This document shows positions 1-12,515 of a stretch of DNA of 64,000 nt, in pieces. Position numbers and translations under genes: made by a program. The stretch comes from Eledone cirrhosa. Lineage: Eukaryota. A model generated the notes under the pieces. It worked only from the letters and a program-made list of their open reading frames with translations, searched no databases and was not told the DNA's origin. How positions within the stretch are numbered: the first letter of the stretch is position 1; each line of letters begins with the position of its first letter. The DNA is taken from the NCBI GenBank assembly GCA_964016885.1, contig OZ024749.1, positions 45,818,001 through 45,882,000 of the forward strand, given 5' to 3'.

Positions 1-293
1 CATTAATGCTTACAACAATGTAGCTCCATATCCAGATATCACAATGCATGCATAAACTTATTGTTAGTTAAGTATATATGCGATTGTTGATTTTGGCAAA
101 ACAACTTAATTAAACTCTGTTCTAAAATTCTCTTACGCTACATGTATGTCTGTCTGTCCCATAGCATAAAACAGACAAACAAACACCTACACACACATAT
201 ATATATATGTGTGTGTGCGTGTGTGTGTGTGTGTATAACATCATATATTTTTGCATATATATGTTTATATGTATGCATATACACACACACACA

Positions 294-347
<54 letters not shown>

Positions 348-371
348 TATACATACATATATATCTATATC

Positions 372-461
<90 letters not shown>

Positions 462-471
462 TATATATATA

Positions 472-822
472 AATATGGTGGCTGCCAACTCGTTTTCGAG
501 TACGGCCACTACTTTATATTCATGTAGGAGAACCCCTACGGATGGGCTGAACAAGTGTGACTTTTTAGTTCAGCCAGTGACTTGAAAACTCTGGTACAAA
601 CACTACACTTGCGACAATCATTGACACATAGTGCTGGGCCCAATGTCCCATGTGATGACAAGTGCAGAGAGATCTCCAGATATAACGCAATGCCTGTGCC
701 GTCTGGCTGATATAACACCTGCAACCCTGATGGTATCGAATGATGTTGACTTGTTCTTCTTTTTGGTAAATATCATATTGGTTAAGAGAGTGGGACTGGC
801 TTTGTGCAGTGCCTTTGCTCAC
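472..822 (-). mobile_element. GC-richer insert between (TA)n tracts; possible decayed GIY-YIG endonuclease fragment of a Penelope-like element
   Basis: Unique ~350 bp bounded by (TA)n on both sides. A minus frame reads VNIIRYHQGCRCYISQTAQALRY, loosely like PLE 'NvIY.I.C..C...YIGQT...L..R'; another frame gives [17 protein letters not shown]. The resemblance is weak and frameshifted. Confidence 0.3.
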
Positions 823-823
823 T

Positions 824-890
<67 letters not shown>

Positions 891-892
<2 letters not shown>

Positions 893-1090
893 TTTTGAGT
901 TTATGTTGGTTGTATACCAACACCTCAGTATGCAGGCTGGAGCACTCGACGAAGTGCGCAGGTTGGTTTGGTTACTCCGGAGTAGTGTAAAATAAAGTTA
1001 AATAAAAGTCAAATGATTAAAATTTAGCTTCGTTTATCACTGCAGTGATAAACGAAGCTAAATTTTAATCATTTGACTTTTATTTAACTT

Positions 1091-1097
<7 letters not shown>
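891..1097. mobile_element. TA-embedded head-to-head element, family A: perfect 110-bp palindrome (988-1097) plus 97-nt tail on the left arm
   Basis: 988-1042 is the exact reverse complement of 1043-1097 (axis in cactg|cagtg). Flanked by (TA)n on both sides. The arm is homologous to 21541-21595. Confidence 0.9.
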
Positions 1098-1188
<91 letters not shown>

Positions 1189-1316
1189 AGGAGGTGAGTT
1201 TTATTGTAGTACAATAAAGCAATGCAGATATCGGATAAGAAGCACTCTACAGTTTGTAGGACTGGAGTATACATAATATATATGAGAACAAAAGATGGTT
1301 AAAGGAGTTCCATGTA

Positions 1317-1383
1317 TTTTATTATGCGCATTTCAAAAACAAATATCATCATGCAATAATATTTGTGTTTTCATCAGATAAAA
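1317..1383 (-). ncRNA. Type I hammerhead ribozyme, intact core, long stem II
   Basis: Minus strand: ttttat CTGATGA [aaacacaaatattatt gcat gatgatatttgttttt] GAAA tgcgca TA | ataaaa. Stem I is 6 bp, stem II about 15 bp, stem III self-complementary (atgcgcat), AUA cleavage triplet. Confidence 0.8.
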
Positions 1384-1491
1384 CAGGAGGACATGATATG
1401 AAGGCTAAAAAACACTTGTGGATAGTTCAGTTTTAAATTTAAAACTGAACTATCCACAAGTGTTTTTTAGCCTTCATATCATGTCCTCCTG

Positions 1492-1559
1492 TTTTATCTG
1501 ATGAAAACACAAATATTATTGCATGATGATATTTGTTTTTGAAAATGCGCATAATATAA
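1492..1559 (+). ncRNA. Type I hammerhead ribozyme, mirror copy, slightly degenerate
   Basis: ttttat CTGATGA ... GAAAA tgcgca TA atataa. One extra A after GAAA and one stem I mismatch relative to 1317-1383. Confidence 0.7.
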
Positions 1560-1591
1560 TACATGGAACTCCTTTAACCATCTTTTGTTCT

Positions 1592-1753
<162 letters not shown>

Positions 1754-1851
1754 TATATAAATATGAATATATATATATATTATATATTATATAAGACGGC
1801 TTATATATATAAATATATATATAAATAAATATGTATATATATATATGTATG

Positions 1852-1883
<32 letters not shown>

Positions 1884-1899
1884 TGTATATATATATATG

Positions 1900-2029
<130 letters not shown>

Positions 2030-2048
2030 AATACATATATACGTATAT

Positions 2049-2551
2049 GTTCGTCTTCATGCATTGGCACCAAGACCAAGCTCCGCCTGTACAATAGCAT
2101 TGCGCTGCCGACAGAGCTTTATGCGAACGAGATTTGAAAGAGTACGGCAAATATAGAAAGACGGCTGAACGTTCTCCACCAGCGGTGCCTGCGAAAGATC
2201 CTTCGTATGTCCTGGCGCGAACGAGTGCGAATCGAGGAGATCCTGCGGAGAGCCGAGTCGTGGACGGTGCAGAGAGTGGTCACGGAGCATCGGTGCACTC
2301 TGGCTGGGCATATTCTACGTCTTCCAAATGGACGGCATTCGAAAATAGCGATCAATTGGACTCCGGCTGGCGGTAAACGGAGGCGGGTATGCCCAAGGAT
2401 CACCTGGCGACGAACGTTCCCGAAGGACCTGATGGCAGCCATCATCACCTAGCACGGGCTCGAAAAAGTGGCAGCTGATCGTGACCGTTGGCGAGAACTA
2501 AACTGCTCGATGCGCCGAGCGGCGCCGAAGAATCTAAGACCAAGACTAAGA
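2049..2551 (+). mobile_element. 5'-truncated RTE-clade LINE, C-terminal end of RT ORF plus short-repeat tail
   Basis: Reads through stops as [20 protein letters not shown]...[31 protein letters not shown]...LAGHILRLPNGRHSKIAINWTPAGGKRRRVCPRITWRRT...ADRDRWR, the typical RTE C-terminus. Ends in ctaagaccaagactaaga and sits in (TA)n. Confidence 0.9.
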
Positions 2552-2824
2552 TATATATATACATACTTATATATATATATACATATTTTCAGAGAGGGGT
2601 AGAGAGATAGAGAGAAAGGGCCTGAGGGTTAGAGAGTCTGTGTGTGGTGCTGGGACGAGGAACCACATATCATAGGAGTACTCAATGCGTGAGGAAATGC
2701 AGTGGGTATAGAGAGAGATATAAACATGAAATGACAAACGTAGTGAACGCACGGCGAAACCACTTGGCGTGGCGAATGGGTTTCCACAATATTCTCTATC
2801 TCTTTCACTCACTATCTCTCTCTC

Positions 2825-2905
<81 letters not shown>

Positions 2906-3193
2906 ATTGTAAATATATTAAATATATTGTGTGCACACGCAAATACCGAGGCACGTAGGAATATATATATACATATATATTTTTATAAATATCTTTATAT
3001 AGCCCTAGATATATATATAAATATGTATATAATATATATATATATGAAATAATAAAACATTATATATATATATATGAAACATAATATATATATATGAAAT
3101 AATAAAAAAATAATAATATATATATATACATATATTTTTTTTTTCATATATATGTATATATGTATAAATATAGAGCCCTTACTTCCTTCGTTA

Positions 3194-3317
<124 letters not shown>

Positions 3318-3590
3318 TTGTTTAAATGATGAACATTCTTTTTCACGTGTGTACTCACGCATTTACATGTGTGTGTGTACTTGTGTGTGTGTGTGTAATC
3401 AGCACACGATGTTGCTACACACATTGTAGCATAACACTTTTTTAAAGATATTTTATCACGAGCCCAAGAAAAATCTAGTTACCCAACTTCGATAAATATA
3501 CATTAACAATGTACGTATGTTATATTTTGCATATGTATATATAATCACTAAAACTTATATATATATAGAAGTGTAAATATATACACACAC

Positions 3591-3708
<118 letters not shown>

Positions 3709-3913
3709 ACTTTTATATATATATAAAGCACCAGTGTTATAGTATTACACACACACATATATATATATTTTTATATATTTATATATACACATATGTATAT
3801 ATATATATAAAAGAGTATATATACACTTAAATATATATATACAACTATATTTGTATATGTATATGTATCTCTCTCTATATATATATGTATATATATATAT
3901 ATGTATATGTATA

Positions 3914-3980
<67 letters not shown>

Positions 3981-4130
3981 CATTTATATATAAATAAATA
4001 TGTATATATATATATATATATGAATATAGATATATATATAAAATCCTTTAAAATATCTATCTAGCCATCAAACTATATATCAATCTAAATAACTATATAT
4101 ATACATATTAATATATGAATATATAAATAT

Positions 4131-4169
<39 letters not shown>

Positions 4170-4335
4170 GAGAGAGAGAGAGAGTGAGAGAGAGATATAG
4201 AGAGATGGGGAGATAAACAGTCAAGAGGGAGAGAGAGATAGAGAGAGAGATAGATAGTTAGATAGGTAGATATGTTAACAAGGTGTATGTAAACATATGT
4301 AAACATATATGTATATATCTCTATGTATATATGTA

Positions 4336-4449
<114 letters not shown>

Positions 4450-4464
4450 GTATATATATAGATA

Positions 4465-4508
<44 letters not shown>

Positions 4509-4766
4509 TTACTATGTACGCAGAGGATAATATATGATGCGTAACTGTTTACCGTTTACTGGATTACATCTTACAACTAAAACTTTATTTAGTATCTTTA
4601 AAAATGTATTTGATAATTATCAAAATTATAAGCATGATGTAATGCATGTCCACACTTAGTCAATATACGTATATATATAAATATATGTAAATAAACATAT
4701 GTATATATATAAATATATATATATATATCCACACATACACACAGAGAGACACACACACAATGCGTA

Positions 4767-4867
<101 letters not shown>

Positions 4868-4870
4868 ATT

Positions 4871-4919
<49 letters not shown>

Positions 4920-4922
4920 ATT

Positions 4923-4978
<56 letters not shown>

Positions 4979-5196
4979 AATATATATATGTATGTGTATG
5001 TATGTATAGAGAAGAGAGAGAGAGAAGAGGTATTTTAACATGATAATCAAAATAATGAAAATACGAATTATATTCATTTATGTTGTTTATATGCAGGCAT
5101 GAATATATATATATATATACATATATATAAACTTGATAGGTTTCGGCGAGTATTGGCCCAGGCCATGTCTAACTTTATAGCATCACCTGGAATATA

Positions 5197-5272
<76 letters not shown>

Positions 5273-5355
5273 TATATATATAAATATACATATATACATA
5301 TATATATATATACATATATAAATATATATTTATATATATATATAAATATATATAT

Positions 5356-5393
<38 letters not shown>

Positions 5394-5516
5394 ATAATAA
5401 TTATTACATAATAATAATTAAGCTCTGTTACCTACATAGAGCACTCTTTTTCCTGGACTTTTCCGACGGAATTACTTCACATATATTTATACATATATAA
5501 ATATATATTTGTATAT

Positions 5517-5611
<95 letters not shown>

Positions 5612-5960
5612 TATATACATATTTAATACAATAACAGAGATAGTTTAAAGCTAAACTCTGACTGGTAACCCTCTCACTCAACAAACATTAGGTTATATTT
5701 TAATATCAACCCAATTTAAGTGTTTAGGGTGCTAACAGGAACTCCTCAAATAGGACCAAGGAAACATGGAATCTGGACGTGGTGGTAGCAGTTGGTGAAT
5801 TAAAGTTCAACCAAGTCGAGCTTTATATGTGTTTTTATTTAAGTATCTAGCCAAGTAAATCTGTTGATACGGTTTCGAATCTGGCGAAAGCAGCTGGTTA
5901 AGACGCTGTCTTTTTTTTTAACGTAAGTTTAAATATGTTATTTGAAAGGAGTAGTATTGC

Positions 5961-6033
5961 GGCTCTCGGTGGTCTAGTGGTAGAGCAGAGGGCTACCAGT
6001 GTAGGTGGTGTAGTGGTTCGAGTAGAGGCGAGT
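5961..6033 (+). mobile_element. tRNA-like head (SINE 5' fragment or tRNA pseudogene)
   Basis: A-box-like tggtctagtgg near 5970 and B-box-like ggttcgagt at 6015-6023. No complete cloverleaf; runs into TA-rich repeat. Confidence 0.5.
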
Positions 6034-6862
6034 ATACATATTTATATATGTATTTATATACATATATACATATATATGTGTATTTATATATATATACTTA
6101 TATATATATGTATATATCTATATACATATATATGTGTATATATATATTTACATATATATGTGTATATATATATATACATATATATATATATTTAAATATG
6201 TAGATATATACACACACACACACACACACATATGTATATATATATATATGATTTTTTGGTGTATATATATATATATATATAAATATATGTATATAATATA
6301 TATATATATAGAGAGAGAGAGATTGAGTAAGAGATATAGATATAGATATATACATCTCGCACATTATTATGTAATTATAAACACACTTTTGTTTCACTGA
6401 TCATTTCAATATATGAAATATGTTATTTATCGTTCAAAGCATAAATGTAGGGAATGTATAAATAGTGTAAAATAAAAACATAGAACTCTATCAACATTGA
6501 TAGTAACTGCGTATTTATTCTTGTTATATTAGAATTAGAATATTTATTATATTTAATTAAATAGTTACGTATTATCACGTTTCATCTCTCATATTATCCC
6601 CCGTATAACATTCAATGGTTTACTGCTCTCCTATTAATGTTTATGTTGATGAACATCGATCATATAAGTTAAACTTTCAATGATCAGAGATATACATACA
6701 CGTAGGTATATATATATACGTATGTAAGTGTGATGTGTTTCTGTATGGTTAGGATTATGCATACACAAACACAAGCAGACACATTTATCACTATATATAT
6801 ATATATATATATGATATAAAATTATATATATATAAAGATCTTCCACTCTCTTTCTCCCATTC

Positions 6863-6943
<81 letters not shown>

Positions 6944-7045
6944 GTGTGACACACGAGTTGTGATATATTAGTAAAAAGGAAAAGAAAATGCTGACAAATT
7001 TTTCCCAGTGAATAATAGTTTAATTAGGAATAAGTATAAATTAGT

Positions 7046-7223
7046 AATTGTTTCTACTTTAGGCACAAGGACAGCAAATAACCAGTGCATTACTGGTACT
7101 TTATTTTATCGATCCCGTAAGGATGAAAGGCAAAGTCAACCTCGGCGGGATTTGAATTCAGATCGTAAGGGGACGTAACTATGCTGGAAAGCATGGCGTC
7201 CGACCCTCTACCGATACTGCCAA
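7046..7223 (-). mobile_element. tRNA-derived SINE (main family), full length
   Basis: Minus strand: A box tggcagtatcgg, B box gaattcaaatcc, central gcctttcatccttacggg.tcgataaaataaagtaccag, 3' end ccttgtgcctaaagtagaaacaatt. Imperfect ~17-bp flanking direct repeat (aataagta...ttagt). Confidence 0.9.
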
Positions 7224-8579
7224 GTAATAAGTATTAGTTAGTATTCAGTTTTAGTTTTTACCGGTTGCGCATTTCTTATGCTTTTCAAAAATAATTTTGA
7301 GATAGAGTGCTCGTGAATTTTGCTCTAATCTGATCATATTTGGAAATTCTTCCTGTTTTATGTTGAAAAAGTGGGTTGTGAGAGCTGACAAATATGTTTC
7401 TACATGTTAAAATAAAACACACACACACACACACCTACTCACACATTCCTACTGACCGATTCAGTTCCATTATCTTACCTCGAAACAGCCTACTTAGATA
7501 TGTGAGGAGAGTTGATGATTGAATTAAACTTACAATGTTTTGATTCTCTTTACCAGAGCTTACATTTACTGAAATACCACAAATCTTGGGGTGAGCCTAT
7601 TGTTGTTGTCAATACATAGATTCCAACCTGTGGGATTGAATCCGTGTACCTGTGATGCTGAAACGATATTTTGCCTGCATGTTCATACACACACTGACTT
7701 ATTTATACACATTGTTCACCCTCATACTCAATAAATATGCATATACATTAATGTATCCATACTTACAGATATGTATAGATCATGCTGTATATATATATAT
7801 ACACACACATATATACACATTCATATACACACACACGTATGTGAGTGTGTGTATATATTATATACGATTCACATGTATTGTGGTCTAACCTGTTAGCTCA
7901 ACACTCAATTTCATGTATTTCTATAGATGGCGCTTTTATCGCTCTATTTTACAATGACATTACTATTGCGCGTCCACACATCCTGTATATTAAATCTAGC
8001 TAGGTGTCAAAATCTTTCTTCATCACTATTTACATTAACCCCCTCCTATTTTCTACCTCATCCTACCGCCACCGCCATTATATAGTACACATAGAGCCAC
8101 CTACCCTCTCTCAACTCGTTAACAAATTAGACCACTAAGCTCTCGTGTAGTTGGGGAAAAATTAACGTTATTTTTTTATATATTTTTCGTTTTCTTTATA
8201 TGAGGTTTATATTCTGACTGTCAATGTGTTGGTTTATACGCTATAATTGACGAGCACTCCACCAGATTTACTGCTTGCATACAATTACTCCTTAACCATT
8301 TAACTATTATTCCTCAGAAAATCTTTCGGCCCCTGGCGTACAGGTAAACATGAAACCCCGAAAATTGCCAATTCATAAGTAAGTCTACGATATTATATCA
8401 TTTAGTTTATCGAGAAAATATAAATTTGGTCATCATACCCAAACACAAGGTGTTTCCAGCGAAAACAAACAGGTTTTTAAGAACATGCTTCCAAATCTTT
8501 ATCTTGTACAATCCACAAATCGCGATGAATAAATATATATAAAACCTTACTTCGTTCTATATATATATATATATAATAA

Positions 8580-8635
<56 letters not shown>

Positions 8636-8647
8636 TATATATATATT

Positions 8648-8726
<79 letters not shown>

Positions 8727-8882
8727 GGAAAGAATAAAACGAAATTTCATTTCTCACTCTTGGTACGGCTGTTACTTAAATATAAGTATGTATACGTACA
8801 TACATATATGTATACAGACGTATATATATATATATACATACTACCGTACGTCTGTGTACATATATGTATGTACGTATACATA

Positions 8883-9020
<138 letters not shown>

Positions 9021-9034
9021 AAGAGAGAGAGAGA

Positions 9035-9374
9035 GATCACAGAAAAAAGCGAATCAGTGTGGCGACGAAAGGAATTTATTGGACATATTACAATTGTTTC
9101 TCGTGCGATCAGCTCGAGGCACGATCGATGTGGTGATCAAACCTGAATCTGAAATCGCGCGGTCCTTGGATACGTCTGGATTCCACGAAGCAGATTTTCC
9201 ACATCGATCGTCCCTCGAGTTGGTCGCCCGAGAAACAGTTGTAATATGTCCAATAAATTTCTTTCGACGCAACACGGATTCTCTTTTTTCTGTGATATCA
9301 TAGTCTGCTCTATGGAGGTATAGATTGCTTATACGGCCTACCGTATACGGACGCTTTAAGTATACAACACCAAT
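9035..9374. mobile_element. Head-to-head element, family C: arms 9035-9133 and 9199-9296, right-arm tail to 9374
   Basis: ~98-bp imperfect inverted repeat between (TA)n(GA)n and (TA)n. Both arms contain GAAA-cartTG-TA-atatgtcc-AATAAA. Confidence 0.85.
9082..9176 (-). ncRNA. Hammerhead ribozyme with ~60-nt stem II, mutated core
   Basis: gacgtat CCAAGGA [ccgcgcgat...atcgcacga] GAAA caattg TA | atatgtc. Stem I is 7 bp and stem III palindromic (acaattgt). Core differs from the CTGAGGA seen in the sister copy at 9553-9642. Confidence 0.6.
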
Positions 9375-9393
9375 TATATATATATATATATAT

Positions 9394-9650
9394 AGTTGTG
9401 CATGTTAATTGTGCATATATAGGTGTGCATGTTAATTGCGTCCATAAGCGATATGCCGAATGAACACTCGTTGCTCTTGGGGAGCAGAGTATCAACTGTA
9501 TTAATATATAAGAGAACGAAGAATCAGTGTTGCATTATATACATATTTAATTACATATTACATGTTTCACTGACGATCAGCTCGAGGAACGATCGATTAA
9601 TGATCGAACCTGACTCTGGAATCGGAAGCTCCTCAGATGTATTTTAACAT
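9394..9650 (-). mobile_element. Diverged family C arm with long tail
   Basis: Aligns by eye to 9035-9176 (cgatcagctcgagg.acgatcgat) and, in reverse complement, to the tail 9300-9374 (tctgctc...cggc.ta.cg...ggacgc). Confidence 0.7.
9553..9642 (-). ncRNA. Hammerhead ribozyme with extended stem II, canonical core
   Basis: atacat CTGAGGA [gc...cgat..cag..agg..cgatc / gatcg..cct..ctg atcg..gt] GAAA catg TA | atatgt. Stem III palindromic (acatgt), GUA triplet. Confidence 0.65.
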
Positions 9651-9995
9651 GTAGACTCACGTCTGAGCTGTTCAGGGTGATAGAATGTGTTCATAATTTT
9701 AGAAAGTTTTCATCCTATAGTAATAATTTTTGACATTGGCAAAATATATCATTTGCCTATCTTTAAATTAAATTTAAATATAGGCAAATGTTTTTCAGGT
9801 TTAGGCCACAATCATCAGTGCCGTGAGCTAAATTTCATATCGCACTCGCCAAAGTTACTACAAATCACCTTTCACATTACCACCGACTGTATCTATTGCA
9901 ATTATGCACTGAATATATAGATCAACAATCATGAATATATTCATTTTCTCCCCAACAACTTGCTCAAAGGAGAGACAAAGACATACATGATTTGG

Positions 9996-10164
9996 CTCCA
10001 GTGACGTCGCAAACCATTTCTCCAGTTATGTCAACTAGAGCTACGTGGAATACACTGTATTGGGGAAGAAAACCATGCAAGCCTTGGTTCGGGGATCAAA
10101 ATATTTAAATCACAACATTACTATTGTGAACCAGATGTTTAACCACTAAGCCATGCGTCCTCAC
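9996..10164 (-). mobile_element. Old tRNA-derived SINE (second family)
   Basis: Minus-strand head gtgaggacgcatggcttagtggtta (A box) followed by a decayed B box and body. Confidence 0.55.
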
Positions 10165-10206
10165 ATAACCACACACAGGGAAACACACACACACACACAC
10201 ACATAC

Positions 10207-10239
<33 letters not shown>

Positions 10240-10639
10240 TATACCTGTGTGTGTGTGTAAGTTGCTATGTATGCCTGTGTGAGTGTGGAGGTGTGATTGT
10301 GTACCTACACTTTTATTAATACAAATATTCGTACGCTTACTCTAGCACATATATCTATATAAACACATATTCCCATAAATATACGTGTATGTGTTGTGTG
10401 TGTGCCGGTTACTGGGTGTGTATGTGTGTATGTGTGTGTGTATGTGTGTGTGTGGGGGGGGGATGTATGTGTGTGTATGTGTGTGTGTATGTGTGTGTGT
10501 GTGTGTATATATTTACTTTTTGTACATCTATTATGCATGCAGGCAAAGCGAATATAGCTGTCCAAATATTTACATAAGTATGTTTTGCTGTGTTAGACGG
10601 GTAGATGGTTAAGTTAGTTTGTCTTTAGGGATGAAGAGT

Positions 10640-10685
10640 CTACTACTACTACTACTTCTATTACTACTACTACTACTACTACTAC

Positions 10686-10750
<65 letters not shown>

Positions 10751-11025
10751 CCACCACCATCACTTCCACCACTGTAACTACCAATACAAACACTAATGTT
10801 ACTGCTGCTGCTACTAAAGCAACTACAGAAACAACTACTGCTACCACCACCTTCATCACCACCAACAACACCACCACCACCAGCAACACCACCACCACCA
10901 TCACTTCTACTCGTAATACTAATACTAATGCTACTGCTATTACAACAAGAACAACTATTACTACTACTAATACTACTACCTCTACTAGTGATGATGATGA
11001 TCATGATGATACTAATGATAATAAA
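10640..11025. repeat. Compound trinucleotide microsatellite (ACT)n(AGT)n(ACC)n(ATG)n
   Basis: Directly visible in the sequence. Confidence 0.95.
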
Positions 11026-12261
11026 TGCACCAACAGGAACCTTACAAAAACAAGCTGACACGCAAGTCTGTGCGCAAGGCAAAGACAACGACTCATTTGA
11101 CTTAGTTTCTAAGCTTTACCTCAGTAGATAGTAAGGTCGGTCAAGTAAGCTGGCAAGTTTGTAAAGCAGGCAGGAAGATAGGTAAAATCGGCAGGTAGGT
11201 AGACATCCAGTTAGGTAAGTAGGTGGTTAGGTATGTAGGTAGGCAGGTTGACAGGTATGCAGTGGAAGTGAAGTAGGTAGAGGGGGAATGCAAGCTGAAA
11301 GAAAACAACACCAGCTGCTTGTTATAGACTTATGTGACTAGAAGAAGCAGGTGATAACTAAATGCTCTTCAGCAGACGGCAACAAAAATAAATGAATAAA
11401 AATAAGTAAATAAAGTCCCTATGTAAATTAATGTTCAAGGGGGAAGTACGGGGGTTTGCGACTTGTAATATACAGATAGAGAATTTAAAATGAATGTGGA
11501 AAAAAATGTAGAATAATAATATGAAATACATTTTAAAGAGTTCTTTATCCTTATTTATTTATTTTCGGTGGCAACAAAATTAAGAGAAATCCTTGCCTCA
11601 TGCTACAAATTTGACCACACGTCACTAACACAAACGTATTTAATTTTGCTAATTTTATTAACATTAAACTAAACGTTTCATTCATGAGAAGCCATTAATA
11701 CAGTGGATTAAATATGGTGCAGGTATACATTTTCTACTTTTTTCATTTTACGTCCCGAGTTCGAATCATAGTGAGATTTTCTTTAACATTTTATTTATTC
11801 GTCTTAAGAGGATGACAGCATATGTAGCAGTCAAGAGAATAGAGCCTCTTAGTATTGTTCGTTTTTGTGGAACAGATTTTGATTTCTATTTTCATTCTGA
11901 CGAGTTGTTGGTTAAACGAAAAACATTCATAGGAAATTCTTTGCCTAGAAAGATCCTGTATTTTGTCCAAGACGGCACAAAATTGGACAATATACTCCAG
12001 GAGGCAAACAGTTGACTAGAATGTATGTTTAAATTATCCATGATAGCGATGTTGTCCAAGATCTACTTAAGGGCATTATACAGGCTGGAATGCATGTAAT
12101 TATAGATGTTGCCAGAAAAGAAGATGAAATATATTCGGATGGCTTCAGCAACGAATTTCAGATAATGTAATTAAATAAACCTGCCATCGGTTTGAATGTG
12201 TATTGTTCTAGACAACGTCACCTCCACCAACATCACGACCAGCAACAACAAACACAATATT

Positions 12262-12515
12262 GATTTCCATATTAAGGCACAAGGTCAAATATATATATAA
12301 ATATATATATAAATATATATATATAAATATATATATAAATATATTTCTTTTTGGTTTGGGAGACATTAAGTCGACGACATTGCATTACCGGTACTTTATT
12401 TTATCGATATCGTAAGGATGAAAAACAGAGAAAGCCTCGACGGAATATAGCATCAGAACGTAAACAGTCGCAACTCTATACCAAAAGGTATGTGGCCTGA
12501 GATTCTACCGATACT
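12262..12515 (-). mobile_element. Degenerate main-family SINE interrupted by TA-rich repeat
   Basis: Contains ggcacaagg, ggtactttattttatcgatatcgtaaggatgaaa and ttctaccgatact. Confidence 0.7.

Noticed and set aside
9750-9825. Small hairpin (catttgcctat/ataggcaaatg) and minus-strand CTGATGA...GAAA
   Set aside because: No credible stem II or III; arms are short and AT-rich.
11890-11940. CTGACGA gtt...aac GAAA hammerhead-like string
   Set aside because: Stem III is not formed, stem I is out of register and there is no TA-end context; may be chance.
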